Below are positions 40,114 to 50,923 of a DNA stretch of 64,000 bases, piece after piece. The stretch lies in the IMG/VR virus record IMGVR_UViG_3300036760_000327, positions 1-64,000 of that record; one strand, given 5' to 3'. The stretch comes from a virus. Below the pieces are notes generated by a model. It saw nothing but the letters and a program-made list of their open reading frames with translations, was not told where the DNA came from and did not search any database. Numbering within the stretch: the stretch's first letter is position 1; every line of letters begins with the position of its first letter. The position numbers and the translations under genes were made by a program.

Positions 40114-40944
40114 ATGATAGAAATAAATAAAACCTATAACGAGAATTGTTTGAATACAATGGCTAGAATGTATGATAATTTTATTGATTTGACGGTTACG
40201 TCTCCTCCTTACGATACTCTTCGTTCCTACAAAGGATATGAATTTGATTTTGAAAATATAGCCAAAGAACTTTATAGAGTAACAAAACAAAATGGAATTA
40301 TAGTTTGGGTAGTTGGAGATGCAACAGTAAATGGAAGTGAAACTGGCACATCTTTTAAACAAGCATTATATTTTAAACACATAGGTTTTAATTTACATGA
40401 TACTATGATTTATGAAAAATGTGGATTTCAATATCCTTCTAGTATCACTTCAAAACGGTATCATCAAGTTTTTGAATATGTTTTTATTTTATCTAAAGGT
40501 AAACCCAAAACATTTAATCCGATTTGTGATAGAGAAATTAAATGGCCAGAAGGTTCGTGGGGCAAATCCACTAGTAGACAAAAAGATGGAAGTTTAAAAG
40601 AAGGGCGTCGGACAAAACAAGATAGTAAAGAAAAAGGAAAAAGATTTAATATATGGACATATCCTGTGGGAAAAGGATTTGGAACTAAAGATATAATTGC
40701 TTATCAGCATCCTGCTAGATTTCCTGAAAAATTGGCCGAAGATCATATTATTAGTTGGAGCAATGAAGGAGATCTGGTTTATGATCCATTTATGGGTAGC
40801 GGTACGACAGCAAAAATGGCATTACTCAATAAACGTAATTATATTGGAAGTGAAATATCACAAGAATATTGTAAAATAATAGAGGAAAGACTAAATAATG
40901 TTTATATTAAAATCTCTCAAAATCAACAATTTTCTCTCCTTTGA
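40114..40944 (+). CDS. N4-cytosine/N6-adenine DNA methyltransferase, beta class
   Basis: TSPPY ... HPARFP ... DPFMGSGTT. Confidence 0.92.
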   Translation: MIEINKTYNENCLNTMARMYDNFIDLTVTSPPYDTLRSYKGYEFDFENIAKELYRVTKQNGIIVWVVGDATVNGSETGTSFKQALYFKHIGFNLHDTMIYEKCGFQYPSSITSKRYHQVFEYVFILSKGKPKTFNPICDREIKWPEGSWGKSTSRQKDGSLKEGRRTKQDSKEKGKRFNIWTYPVGKGFGTKDIIAYQHPARFPEKLAEDHIISWSNEGDLVYDPFMGSGTTAKMALLNKRNYIGSEISQEYCKIIEERLNNVYIKISQNQQFSLL

Positions 40945-42703
40945 TACCCTAGAAATTGATTTTAGCCAGCACGGTTTTTGGGCCATAAGTGGGTTCAATA
41001 ATAAAGGGGGAGACTCGAATGGTTCCGGAAAATCGGCTTTATTGTCCAGTATTGTATGGGGACTATTTGGAAAAACTCAAAACGGACTATTTGGCAAAGA
41101 TGTAGTTAGATGGGGTCATGATGATTGTGCTGTGATCCTAACCTTTTCTAATGGTACAAATATTTATTCTATTAGCAGAACTCTTAAATCTGTTGATTTT
41201 TATATTAATGATCAACTCCAGCAGGGACATAAGAAAGATATTCAGGATCTGATTAATAAAACCTTCGGGACAGATTACCAGTTATTTCTAACTTTTAATA
41301 TTTTTACAAAAGCATGGGGTAATTTTATTACAGAAATTGGGGATGCTGGGCGTAAAAAATTATTTAAATCAATATTAATGTTAGATAAAATAGATAATGC
41401 TTTAAACAAGGCCAAAGAAATATATGTACAATTAAATGTTCAAGCCAATAAAACCGAGGGTATAATTAAACAATTATCTAATACCCTACCAGAATTAGAG
41501 GATATTCTCAATAAAAATAAAGAACTATCTGCAAACGAGGAGAGAATTAAACAAGAAGCTATTAAAGAACTAGAACAACAAAAGATACAATTAAAGCCAG
41601 AAGTAATTGACTTTACAGCTAGTATTGTTGCTTTGGATAAAGAAATTAAGGATCTGGTTGATCAAAAAACTTCTGATACTGCGGAATATAATGACATTAA
41701 ATTAACCAATATTAAAAATTTAATATTTCATGATAAGGCTACTTTAGTTCAGATAGAAGAGAAACTAAAAAATATTAATTTAATTGGGGGTGAGTGTCCT
41801 ACTTGTGGCCAAAAAATTCTGGCAAAGAATAAAAAAATGCATATTAGACATCTAGAAATTCTTAGAGATGAATGTATAGAATCATTAAAAAATAATGAAA
41901 CAACAGAGAAAAATATAAATAAAGAAATTTATGAAATTGACGCGATACAGCAAAAAATATCTGAATTAAATAAAAGAAAATCAGATATAGAACGGCAAAT
42001 ATGGGAACAGGATATTAAAATTCAAAAGTATAATGATTTTCTTCAAATGTCAGCAAAATCTTTAAATTATCTTAGAGATAACCAAACTGATTATTCTGAA
42101 TTAATAAAGGTTACTGAATCTAAAATAAATAAGGTTAAAACAGGAATTGAATATAACCAGAATTTACTTATTGGATATGCAAAAGAGATTGATGTATTTA
42201 ATTATCTTCAATGGTTATATGGACGACAAGGGGTAATCAACCTTATTATAGAAAAATGTTTTGCTAGATTGGCTTATTTATCCAATAGATATTTACGTAA
42301 GCTTTCTGGAGAATTTAAATTAGAAATTTCGGCCCAGAAAGAATTAAAGTCGGGAGTATATAAGGACGAAGTTGATATATTCGTATGGAACGAAGGAAAA
42401 AGAGTACAATATGCTAGTTTATCGGCCGGGCAACAACAAAGACTTAATATTGCCATGTTACTGGCTCTTTGCGATTGGGGCAAAGAAATTGGGGCTAACT
42501 CGTTTGATCTTCTTATGCTAGATGAAATTCTTGATCTATCTCTGGCAGAAAGAGGACAAGAAGAAACCTTGGATTTGTTATATTCTAAAAAACCAACCAT
42601 AAATCATATTATTTTGATCAGTCACAAAGACTTGTTAAAGGGTCAATTTGATAAAGAAATTAATATTTTACGAGGCGAAGATGGAATATCAAGAATTGGA
42701 TAA
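40898..42703 (+). CDS. SbcC/Rad50-like ATPase (T4 gp46-like)
   Basis: NGSGKS, coiled coil with CPTCGQ hook, LSAGQ, LDE and ISH. Confidence 0.93.
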   Translation: MFILKSLKINNFLSFDTLEIDFSQHGFWAISGFNNKGGDSNGSGKSALLSSIVWGLFGKTQNGLFGKDVVRWGHDDCAVILTFSNGTNIYSISRTLKSVDFYINDQLQQGHKKDIQDLINKTFGTDYQLFLTFNIFTKAWGNFITEIGDAGRKKLFKSILMLDKIDNALNKAKEIYVQLNVQANKTEGIIKQLSNTLPELEDILNKNKELSANEERIKQEAIKELEQQKIQLKPEVIDFTASIVALDKEIKDLVDQKTSDTAEYNDIKLTNIKNLIFHDKATLVQIEEKLKNINLIGGECPTCGQKILAKNKKMHIRHLEILRDECIESLKNNETTEKNINKEIYEIDAIQQKISELNKRKSDIERQIWEQDIKIQKYNDFLQMSAKSLNYLRDNQTDYSELIKVTESKINKVKTGIEYNQNLLIGYAKEIDVFNYLQWLYGRQGVINLIIEKCFARLAYLSNRYLRKLSGEFKLEISAQKELKSGVYKDEVDIFVWNEGKRVQYASLSAGQQQRLNIAMLLALCDWGKEIGANSFDLLMLDEILDLSLAERGQEETLDLLYSKKPTINHIILISHKDLLKGQFDKEINILRGEDGISRIG

Positions 42704-42714
42704 AGGAGGAAAAT

Positions 42715-42969
42715 ATGAAATTGTGGTTATTGAGACCAAGAAAAGAATGTATTAAGAAAGATAATCCATGGGAGCCGTGGTATGATAAAGCGTTTGGATT
42801 TGTTATAAGAGCAAAAACAGAAAAAAAAGCTCGTTGTTTGGCTGATCAAGACGCGGGGGATGAAAATGACAATTTCTCTGCTTGGACAGACAAAAAATAT
42901 TCAACTTGTATTGAATTAACTCCATCAGGTAAAGAACAAATAATTCTGCGAGATTTTTACAGTGCTTAA
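42715..42969 (+). CDS. conserved phage hypothetical protein
   Basis: AGGAGG SD; PWEPWYDKAFGFVIRA. Confidence 0.65.
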   Translation: MKLWLLRPRKECIKKDNPWEPWYDKAFGFVIRAKTEKKARCLADQDAGDENDNFSAWTDKKYSTCIELTPSGKEQIILRDFYSA

Positions 42970-42977
42970 AATATAAA

Positions 42978-43307
42978 TCATTCCTTTAACAATCCAGCCG
43001 ATCTTAAAGCTCCCGTTAATACACGAGAAAATGGATTAACAATTAATTCTTCTATTTCGGCAAATTTAGCTGATACATCGGCTGGTATTACGGTTTCCAA
43101 ACTCCCGTGTATTAATTCATGAATTAAAGTTGAAATTTTTTCAGACGATGCCATTCTTTTTAATATATTTATTATTCTTTTATTAAAATCTATGTCACCT
43201 TTGGTTTCTATATCTTTATTCGAGTTAGAAATATGTTTCTTATATTTTATCTGATATAAAATCCCTCCAATTTCAACCGTCTTACCATTAAATCTACGAT
43301 TTTTCAT
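42978..43307 (-). CDS. HExxH metallopeptidase-like protein
   Basis: TLIHELIHG. Confidence 0.6.
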   Translation of the reverse strand: MKNRRFNGKTVEIGGILYQIKYKKHISNSNKDIETKGDIDFNKRIINILKRMASSEKISTLIHELIHGSLETVIPADVSAKFAEIEELIVNPFSRVLTGALRSAGLLKE

Positions 43308-43764
43308 TATTTTCCCCTAGTATAAATAATTTTGCTTCTCGTGCTCGTCTACCCATAAGACCTTTATTTATCTTTCCTCCGGCATATATCCAAGATAGCA
43401 TAGCTTCTGGAACTCTGCTATATTCACTCCTATTCAATCTAGACCTAGCCGTACTGGCCTGGAATCCTCCTGTCCCAATGTTAAAAACAAAGGAAAGAAG
43501 AGCCGCATATTGGTTATCCGTAAGAGGAACTCTAACTAATCTCATAATGGCCGTAGCTGTACGTAATAAATCTTTGCGCAATAAATCATCGGCTTGAGAT
43601 TCAGTTATGCCATCTTTAAATATAGTTTCTTCATTTGGCAATAAAAGATGTCCTACACCAATTGTTTTTTTGCCAGCTACATCAAGATAAATATGGAGGA
43701 CACAAGCTTCTTCTCGTTTAATAAACTCTATAGCAATTTGGGGTATTTGACGAACCGTTATCAT
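43294..43764 (-). CDS. endolysin, GH24 lysozyme
   Basis: E..C.L..Y.D.AG..TIG.GH, AL.SF.FN.G and GL..RR..E. Confidence 0.92.
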   Translation of the reverse strand: MITVRQIPQIAIEFIKREEACVLHIYLDVAGKKTIGVGHLLLPNEETIFKDGITESQADDLLRKDLLRTATAIMRLVRVPLTDNQYAALLSFVFNIGTGGFQASTARSRLNRSEYSRVPEAMLSWIYAGGKINKGLMGRRAREAKLFILGENNEKS

Positions 43765-44285
43765 TTTTTAATTCCATTCTTCAATGCGCTTATTACAGAA
43801 GAAGATGGCATGGAAGTTCTGCCTAAACTATACCTCATAAAACGGGCTCCAAACCAAAATGCCAAAATTGTCGATAGTACAGCAAAGTCTTCGCTGTTCC
43901 ATATTTGCGTTCCGACTTCGTTCCATTTGGCCCCTGCTTGAACTAAAGAATAGATTAAAGAATATTTAACGTACATATAGAGCACCATAAAACCGTATGT
44001 GATCGTTGGACGTACTGAGGAATTGTATAATGATACGATTCCATCAATCCAGCGAACACCAGTGATCTTTTGTTCTGATGCTTTATAGATCGCTTCTGTT
44101 TCAGCTATATCAGCCTGCGCACCCAACTCCTCTAGTTTAATCTGGCCCTGTAACTTCGCGGCTTCCATCTGTAATTTTCCCATCTCTATTTCATGTTTAT
44201 GATCTTCTTTATTGTTCCAAAATTTCAAAATTTCGGGCAATAATGAACCTAACAAACCAAATATAGTACCTAAAAGTGTTAGCAT
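43761..44285 (-). CDS. holin-like membrane protein
   Basis: TM segments, VRP.ITY and FWFG.R; directly upstream of the lysozyme. Confidence 0.65.
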   Translation of the reverse strand: MLTLLGTIFGLLGSLLPEILKFWNNKEDHKHEIEMGKLQMEAAKLQGQIKLEELGAQADIAETEAIYKASEQKITGVRWIDGIVSLYNSSVRPTITYGFMVLYMYVKYSLIYSLVQAGAKWNEVGTQIWNSEDFAVLSTILAFWFGARFMRYSLGRTSMPSSSVISALKNGIKK

Positions 44286-44288
44286 AAA

Positions 44289-44564
44289 TTATTTCACCTC
44301 TTTCGTTGTGTTATGATGGGGATAAAGGATCGTCTGTTGTGGGTGCATAATTTGAGCAATATGTGGATCCTCTGTTGTATTACAGTGGTAGAAGGACGGT
44401 GCGGGTAAAGGACCATTTGTTGTGGGTACAGGATTTGGCGGGTATACAGGACCACTTGGAAAAACTTCATAATTCCATATTGCTGGACTACAATCACATG
44501 TTTCTTTCCACGGTGCATTTACTCTACTACATCTTGGACAAATCCATCCATAATTTGATGACAT
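44289..44564 (-). CDS. hypothetical Zn-finger protein
   Basis: GWICPRC...PW...C.C. Confidence 0.6.
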   Translation of the reverse strand: MSSNYGWICPRCSRVNAPWKETCDCSPAIWNYEVFPSGPVYPPNPVPTTNGPLPAPSFYHCNTTEDPHIAQIMHPQQTILYPHHNTTKEVK

Positions 44565-44584
44565 AAATTTATCCTCCTTTGATT

Positions 44585-45715
44585 TTATTTGTTTTCTTGA
44601 ATTTTTTCACATATAAACGATATATTATCTTCGGACAATTCTACATGCAATGGAAGACTAATACACCTTTCAAAAAATTTAATGGCCTCCTGGCAACCAT
44701 TATCGGTTTCGTATGTACGATACATTTTATAAAGATGATTCAGGCGATAATGAACGCCGCATTGTATCCCTTGTTCAGACAAATATTTCATTAATTTATC
44801 CCTGTTATTTACAAGAATTACAAATAAATGATTAGCAGATATTCTATCTGGAAATATTTTTAATAATTCAATCTGTTCTGTATTAGCTAATAATTTTCTA
44901 TATTTATCTACTAGCATTTGTCTATAGATTCTATCTTCTTCATAATGTTGCAACTGCCCTAATCCAATAGCTGCTTGTATATCATTCATATGATTTTTCC
45001 AACCCATTGATACTATATCATAGTCCCATGAATATTTTTCATTATTTGTTCGTTCGGATGTATTTTTATTTATGCCAAACCATCGCAATAATCTGGCCAT
45101 TTTATCAATTTCTGGATCATAGGTAGTTAACAAACCACCATCTCCGATAGCAAGTGGTTTAACAGAATGGAGACTAAAAGTGCAGAATCTAGAATGCAAA
45201 CATCCTATTTTCTCGTTTTGATACTCAGCGCCGAAAGCGTGAGAGCTATCCTCAATTACATCTAAATGATATTTAGTAGCTATATCATATATTGCATTCA
45301 TATCAACTGGCATACCGCCAAAATGGACAACCATAATTGCTTTTGCTCTAGAATTAATAAATGGATTGGTCATTAATCTTTCAATAGATTTTGGATCTAT
45401 GTTGCCGGTATCTGGTTCAATATCTGCAAAAACAGGATAGTAACCAGCTTGTAAAATACAATGATTTGTGGCAATAAAAGTCAACGGGGTCGTAATGACA
45501 TAAGAGCCTTTGGGAGCTTTAAGACAAGCTAAAGCTATTTGTATGGCCGCCGTGCCAGAATTAAGTGCAATTACATATGGAGTATTCAAATATTGGGATA
45601 CTGCCTGTTCAAACTCAGCAACACGAGGGCCAAGGCCGGTCCAGCCGCTTTTTAATACTTCTGTAACATTATCAATGCTTTTCTGGTAAACGTGGTGGCG
45701 GAATAAAGTTATCAT
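44585..45715 (-). CDS. DegT/DnrJ/EryC1/StrS PLP-dependent sugar aminotransferase
   Basis: NSGTAA, VHFGG, IEDSSHA, FS.H.VK...GDGG and AAIGL.QL. Confidence 0.93.
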   Translation of the reverse strand: MITLFRHHVYQKSIDNVTEVLKSGWTGLGPRVAEFEQAVSQYLNTPYVIALNSGTAAIQIALACLKAPKGSYVITTPLTFIATNHCILQAGYYPVFADIEPDTGNIDPKSIERLMTNPFINSRAKAIMVVHFGGMPVDMNAIYDIATKYHLDVIEDSSHAFGAEYQNEKIGCLHSRFCTFSLHSVKPLAIGDGGLLTTYDPEIDKMARLLRWFGINKNTSERTNNEKYSWDYDIVSMGWKNHMNDIQAAIGLGQLQHYEEDRIYRQMLVDKYRKLLANTEQIELLKIFPDRISANHLFVILVNNRDKLMKYLSEQGIQCGVHYRLNHLYKMYRTYETDNGCQEAIKFFERCISLPLHVELSEDNISFICEKIQENK

Positions 45716-45716
45716 T

Positions 45717-45944
45717 TTATTCTTTTTCCCCCAGATATTCATAGCCAAACGGACGAATTTCCCACATGTCCATTCCCAATGATTCTAAAGCACAATGGGC
45801 ACATAATACGCAATCTTTTCCCATTATATCAATTATCTTTTTCCAGTACTTATTACTAAGCTGATAATCATAGTGCATACGGGCATGGCATTTTTTACAT
45901 ACCATACCATTATGTAAGATTGTCTCTAGTATTTTTTTTCTCAT
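45717..45944 (-). CDS. small Cys-rich protein
   Basis: CKKC and CAHC. Confidence 0.55.
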   Translation of the reverse strand: MRKKILETILHNGMVCKKCHARMHYDYQLSNKYWKKIIDIMGKDCVLCAHCALESLGMDMWEIRPFGYEYLGEKE

Positions 45945-46284
45945 CTTTCCTTTATTTTTCTCGCATAGCCCATTGTATAAAACATTCTTTACTACAAAAA
46001 TAATATTTTTTATTATTTTTTATTACAACATATACCGGATATTTAATTCCTTGAGATAATTTTTCTAATCCACAATAAGCACATTTCATATTTTTATCCT
46101 ATCCTACTTGGTTTTTCCACGTCTTCTAAACTATCAATCATTAGTTGAAGTAATGAAATTGATTTTTGATAATTAGGATAATTTTTAATTAAAGCCTGAA
46201 GTTGCTGGTCCAGATTTAATTTTATCATTTCCATTTTCATTTTAGAAGTCCAACTTCGTCTTAATTTCATGCTGTTTTACCTAG

Positions 46285-46815
46285 TTAGCACCTAGTAAAT
46301 CCACAAGAATAACATTTTGCACAACCTTCTTCCATAATTAAACCAGAACCACACTCTGGACAAGGCTCGGTAATAAATTTTGGGGTCTTTTTGACCGCAG
46401 TTTTTACTTCAGCAATAACTTTATCAAAATTGATCTTATGCACTTCTGGTAATTTTTCTTCTTTCTTTTCAATTATTGTTATAGATTTCTCTTGTTTTTT
46501 TCTGCTTTTAGCCAAACATTGAGCTACAGCATCAGCACAACTTAATGTTTTTGTATTTCCAAAACCATTAGATTGATGGCAACCTATACCTGCCAACTGT
46601 TTGATTATTGTTTCCATACTTGTTCCAGCTTTTAAAGCTAAACTAATAAGTCTTCCTAGAGCTTCAGATTGGCTGGCGGCACATCCTCCCGCCTTTCCTA
46701 AACGAATAAACACCTCCCACGGTTTTCCTTCAGCATCTTCATTTATAGTAATATATAAATTTCCACACCCCGTACTTATACGACGTGTATGTCCCCTAAG
46801 CACTTCTTCTCTCAT
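46285..46815 (-). CDS. stand-alone class II RNR C-terminal (NrdJb/TSCPD) domain with zinc ribbon
   Basis: TGCGNLYITIN, GKAGGCA, GRLISLAL, SCADA and terminal CPECG...EGC.KC.SCG..RC. Confidence 0.85.
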   Translation of the reverse strand: MREEVLRGHTRRISTGCGNLYITINEDAEGKPWEVFIRLGKAGGCAASQSEALGRLISLALKAGTSMETIIKQLAGIGCHQSNGFGNTKTLSCADAVAQCLAKSRKKQEKSITIIEKKEEKLPEVHKINFDKVIAEVKTAVKKTPKFITEPCPECGSGLIMEEGCAKCYSCGFTRC

Positions 46816-46816
46816 T

Positions 46817-47374
46817 TTACATGTCCTTGATATTTGTGGCCTGATTTTCATATGAATCTGATAGATCATCATAGCTGTAAATAACAGATGGTTTTTTTGA
46901 ATCAAAATTATGATTAATGGCCTCTAATAATTGAATAGGTTTTGTAACGGATTTAAATCCTGCTCTTGCATAGATAGCAATAGCATCTATATTGTCCATA
47001 TGGACTTCTACTCTAACTTTGTACAGTTTCATTTCTTCAAATGCAATACGGAGAATTCTTTTAACCATTTCTTCAGCATATCCATGTTGCCGAAATTCTT
47101 CTAATAATAATACTCTTCCTAATTTAGCCGTTCGACTAGTGATGTCAGTAGCATAAAGAGCGATAGTCCCGATCTTTTCACCGGATTTAAGCATTACAAT
47201 AAACATATTATCCGTACCAATATCCCTATATTTTTGATACCAAGCTTTTTGTTGTTCTTTGGTTATCTCATTTGCATCAAAAAAATGATCTCTATATTTA
47301 TTACGAGTTTCTCTTAACCATTCAATATCATTCTCATTTACGGGCTTAAAAACTAATCGTTCACTTTTTATCAT
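46817..47374 (-). CDS. GNAT acetyltransferase (PseH/RimJ-like)
   Basis: IG.I.L, FRQHGYA and N..AI..Y..AGF. Confidence 0.85.
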   Translation of the reverse strand: MIKSERLVFKPVNENDIEWLRETRNKYRDHFFDANEITKEQQKAWYQKYRDIGTDNMFIVMLKSGEKIGTIALYATDITSRTAKLGRVLLLEEFRQHGYAEEMVKRILRIAFEEMKLYKVRVEVHMDNIDAIAIYARAGFKSVTKPIQLLEAINHNFDSKKPSVIYSYDDLSDSYENQATNIKDM

Positions 47375-48245
47375 TTAATATTTCCTCCCATTTATGACCA
47401 ATTGTATCTATTGAATATTTATCCAGTACATCTTCTCTTGCCTGTTGTCCAATTTTAATTCGCAAATCTCTATTTTTTAATATCTCAAGATACATTGTCC
47501 ATTCGTTCTTTGAATTATTTAAACAAACAAATCCATTTTTGCCTTGACGAATGATCTCTGTATAAGCCGGAATTGGAGAAGTTATTACAGGCAACCCTAA
47601 TATCATTGACTGGGTTAAACGATTATTCCCCTTCGCAAGTTCAAATGGCGGCAGTTCACCGAGAAACGGTATTACAATAATATCTGAATCAATTAAATCT
47701 GACCATATAGTATCTAATCTCCATTGTTTTGTTGCTTCTTTACAGGCACTAATGGTAATATATTTAAAGCCCAGAGATTCTATTAATGGCCGTATGGTTT
47801 CGGCTTGGGGAAAATGAAGAAGAGTACCAAACCAAGAAATTATGAGATTATCTTCCCTGTGTTCTTTTTTATATAAATTTCTTGGGGTTTCATACGCGTC
47901 ATTTATCGTGTATAATTTAGCTTTTGTATAAGATTGAATCCATTCTCGGATGTACTCAGAGCCACAGACAACTTTATCAGCAATCTGGGCCATTGGAATA
48001 CCTTCAAAGTATAGATCATCCAGTATATAAATTACTTCTTTCCCCTTTTCTTGGCATTCTTTAGCCCTATTAATTTCAGTAAATATTTTTTGGAATATAA
48101 TAATATCATATAAATCAATATTATAGGGGGATATAAGTATATCCGAAATGATACCGTTTTGATTCATCCAGTTAGAAACATTTATACCCATAATACGACT
48201 GCTAGGAGTATTTTTATCACCAATTAAAATCCATCCTATATACAT
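47361..48245 (-). CDS. GT-B glycosyltransferase
   Basis: K.NNRL..SM.LGLPVI.SP...Y...I..G.NG. Confidence 0.8.
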   Translation of the reverse strand: MYIGWILIGDKNTPSSRIMGINVSNWMNQNGIISDILISPYNIDLYDIIIFQKIFTEINRAKECQEKGKEVIYILDDLYFEGIPMAQIADKVVCGSEYIREWIQSYTKAKLYTINDAYETPRNLYKKEHREDNLIISWFGTLLHFPQAETIRPLIESLGFKYITISACKEATKQWRLDTIWSDLIDSDIIVIPFLGELPPFELAKGNNRLTQSMILGLPVITSPIPAYTEIIRQGKNGFVCLNNSKNEWTMYLEILKNRDLRIKIGQQAREDVLDKYSIDTIGHKWEEILNDKK

Positions 48246-48751
48246 AAATTTACCAAATATAAAGTATGATTTCCTTTACTTTTAAGAGTATCTATTCCAA
48301 TAATTTCATTGGAACAAGATTCTAATTCAAATAATGCATCGCTACATATAAAATATCTAGTATGTTCTTTAAGCCAACAAATCAAATTTTTTCTCCATAC
48401 TAAATTTTCATCTGGTAACATATCCCATCGTCGCCACGTTTCTAGCATTAAAGTTAAATCAAAATTATTATTATAAGTATTAATAAAATCTTGAAATGTA
48501 GTATGATAAAATTTAATATTATTATATTTCGTCCATTCATCATATGTCCATATATCCACACCTTGACAAATAGTATTTGGAAATTTTTTGCTCAAACCGA
48601 AAAGAACATAACCCTTGCCACAGCACAAATCAAGTATATTATGAGGACGTATATTTCTATTTATAAGTGCTTCAAAGATTTTATATCCTCGTCCAATTCC
48701 TTCTTCTTCATTATTATTCTCGTCATTTCCCCATACTCTTTTAATTTCCAT
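48236..48751 (-). CDS. class I SAM-dependent methyltransferase
   Basis: ILDLCCGKG and GVDI. Confidence 0.8.
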   Translation of the reverse strand: MEIKRVWGNDENNNEEEGIGRGYKIFEALINRNIRPHNILDLCCGKGYVLFGLSKKFPNTICQGVDIWTYDEWTKYNNIKFYHTTFQDFINTYNNNFDLTLMLETWRRWDMLPDENLVWRKNLICWLKEHTRYFICSDALFELESCSNEIIGIDTLKSKGNHTLYLVNLCI

Positions 48752-48926
48752 ATCGCCTTCTGTCAATTTAATTCCTCCAATAATATATTACAAGGTTGCC
48801 CACATAAAGAACATATATAATAACAAGTGCCTATTTTTTGTTTCTTTACATCTTCTCCAATAAAATCAGGCATATCTGAAAATACTATTAATACTTCGGC
48901 TTGGCAACATGTACTTAGATTGGTAT

Positions 48927-49421
48927 TCATTTTACTGCCCTTAAAATAAAGACTATATTATAAATTATATTTAAATAATGTTTTTTAGCAAATTCTAATT
49001 CTTTACCGGATAATTTTTGTCCCTCTGGTGTCAGGGTTTCAATTAATTGGACTAGATCAAATTTTCCAGTGTAAGTATAATGTGGAACTTGTTTTTGTCG
49101 GCAATCAAGATACTCATAGGTTCTGTGAGTCCAATACTTTTTATGTGTTGGATCTCTAAAGGCTGATTCGCAACCCCAATACGGCACTTGTATTTCAACC
49201 AAAGCTCCAGGCATACAAACGCGATAAATTTCTCCCATAATCCTTAAGGGGTTATCCACATGTTCAAAAAAGTAAATAGCTCTTACTGCTGCTACACTAT
49301 TGTCCTCAAAGGGTAAATCTTCATTTTCTAAATCACATATAATCTCAGCTGGTGGAAGTTTATCTACCCCAATCCATCCTGGTAAACATTGATTTCCACA
49401 ACCAATATCTAATTTAATCAT
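48927..49421 (-). CDS. class I SAM-dependent methyltransferase
   Basis: KLDIGCG, FEH, EIYRV..PG and DPTH. Confidence 0.85.
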   Translation of the reverse strand: MIKLDIGCGNQCLPGWIGVDKLPPAEIICDLENEDLPFEDNSVAAVRAIYFFEHVDNPLRIMGEIYRVCMPGALVEIQVPYWGCESAFRDPTHKKYWTHRTYEYLDCRQKQVPHYTYTGKFDLVQLIETLTPEGQKLSGKELEFAKKHYLNIIYNIVFILRAVK

Positions 49422-49544
49422 AAACGCACCATTTACATCCTATAGGATTATGTTTAGTAATAATATTTAAACGTATTAACACATGTTCAAAAAAGTCGCA
49501 AAAGTCTTTACCCTGGGATAATAAAGCATTAATTTCTTTTTCCG

Positions 49545-50921
49545 TCACATGCCCCTCTGAATAGGTATCTCGTCTTTTTCTCTACACTTCCAAAATTGAT
49601 TTATAAAATAATCCCATTTAAATTCCCACCCATGTTCGGGTAAAAATTTAACCATAAAAAAATTAATCATATCGCTAATTTCTCTACTGCACCAGGGAGG
49701 AACATATCGCAAAGTATATTCGCTCCATTCTTTTAATGTTTGTGGCATTTTATATCCTTGTTTTTTAAAATCATCGTATAATTTTGAACCTGGGTAGGGA
49801 CGAATATAGAAAAGTTTAAATTTCATATAAGGATTAATTCGATGGGCTTCTTGAAGCATTAATATTGTATCTTTAAAGTCTTCTAATTCATCTGAATCCG
49901 GAAAACCAGTCATAGTAGAAAGATCTGGAACCATTCCAAATTTAGTTATCTTTTCTACAAATTGTAATATATTATCTTTAGTTTGATGTTTCTTTAGTCG
50001 ATCTAAAATAATCTGATTTCCACTTTCCGCTCCAATTAATATTTCCTTAATTCCAGCCTGCGCTAATGTAAGATACATTTCATCTGAATATGTTAAAGCA
50101 GCTCTTACATGCACCAAAATAGAAATTGGAACAAAATTATATCCGGTTTTTATCCATTTTTCACAAAATTCCATGACTCTAGATTTTTTAAAAAACCATT
50201 CGTCATCATCAATATTTAAATGGGATATAGACTTCTTGTGAGTAAATATATATTTAAGATCATTAATAATCTCATCAATATCCCTAAATACATATTTATG
50301 TTTGGATATAACTTGCAAGCAACAAAACCGGCAGGTTTCATAACATCCAAAACTGGTTAAGTACCCGAAATAAGGACCATATTTATCTAAATCAATCATC
50401 TCCCATGGAATTTTTCCAAATTTTAATGGTAAACTGTCAAGACCTGTATCAATTATACCTTCTGGTTCTTTCCACAATACACCAGGACAAGACTTTTTAT
50501 TATTAGCTATATCATCTACTAGGTTAACAATTAGATGCTCAAACTGGCCTTTGGCCACAATATCTGCATAAGATTCTTGAATAATATTTTCTGGAATTAA
50601 GGAAGCAGCCCATCCCCCCCAGACAATCGGAATAGATTTATCAAATGATCTTATATACTTAGCAAAATTAATAGCTCCTCTTAATTGTTGTCCAATTAAA
50701 CTACTAATCCCCACAAATAAAGGTTTACTTTTAAGATAAGTACTTAATATTTCAGGATTATCAACTCGGGCATCGAATAGTTTAACCTCATATCCAGCTT
50801 CCACCAATGGTCCAGATAGATTTAAAATTGAATAAGGAACTCTATGTAAACCATCGGTTTTAATATACGATATTTCTGGATAATACAAAAGGATAGTTCC
50901 TTTACTTATGTTCCATCCCAT
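49545..50921 (-). CDS. B12-binding radical SAM enzyme (class B methylase-like)
   Basis: N-terminal cobalamin-binding fold (VGISS, VWGG), CYETCRFC and IGAESG. Confidence 0.9.
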   Translation of the reverse strand: MGWNISKGTILLYYPEISYIKTDGLHRVPYSILNLSGPLVEAGYEVKLFDARVDNPEILSTYLKSKPLFVGISSLIGQQLRGAINFAKYIRSFDKSIPIVWGGWAASLIPENIIQESYADIVAKGQFEHLIVNLVDDIANNKKSCPGVLWKEPEGIIDTGLDSLPLKFGKIPWEMIDLDKYGPYFGYLTSFGCYETCRFCCLQVISKHKYVFRDIDEIINDLKYIFTHKKSISHLNIDDDEWFFKKSRVMEFCEKWIKTGYNFVPISILVHVRAALTYSDEMYLTLAQAGIKEILIGAESGNQIILDRLKKHQTKDNILQFVEKITKFGMVPDLSTMTGFPDSDELEDFKDTILMLQEAHRINPYMKFKLFYIRPYPGSKLYDDFKKQGYKMPQTLKEWSEYTLRYVPPWCSREISDMINFFMVKFLPEHGWEFKWDYFINQFWKCREKDEIPIQRGM

Positions 50922-50923
50922 AA

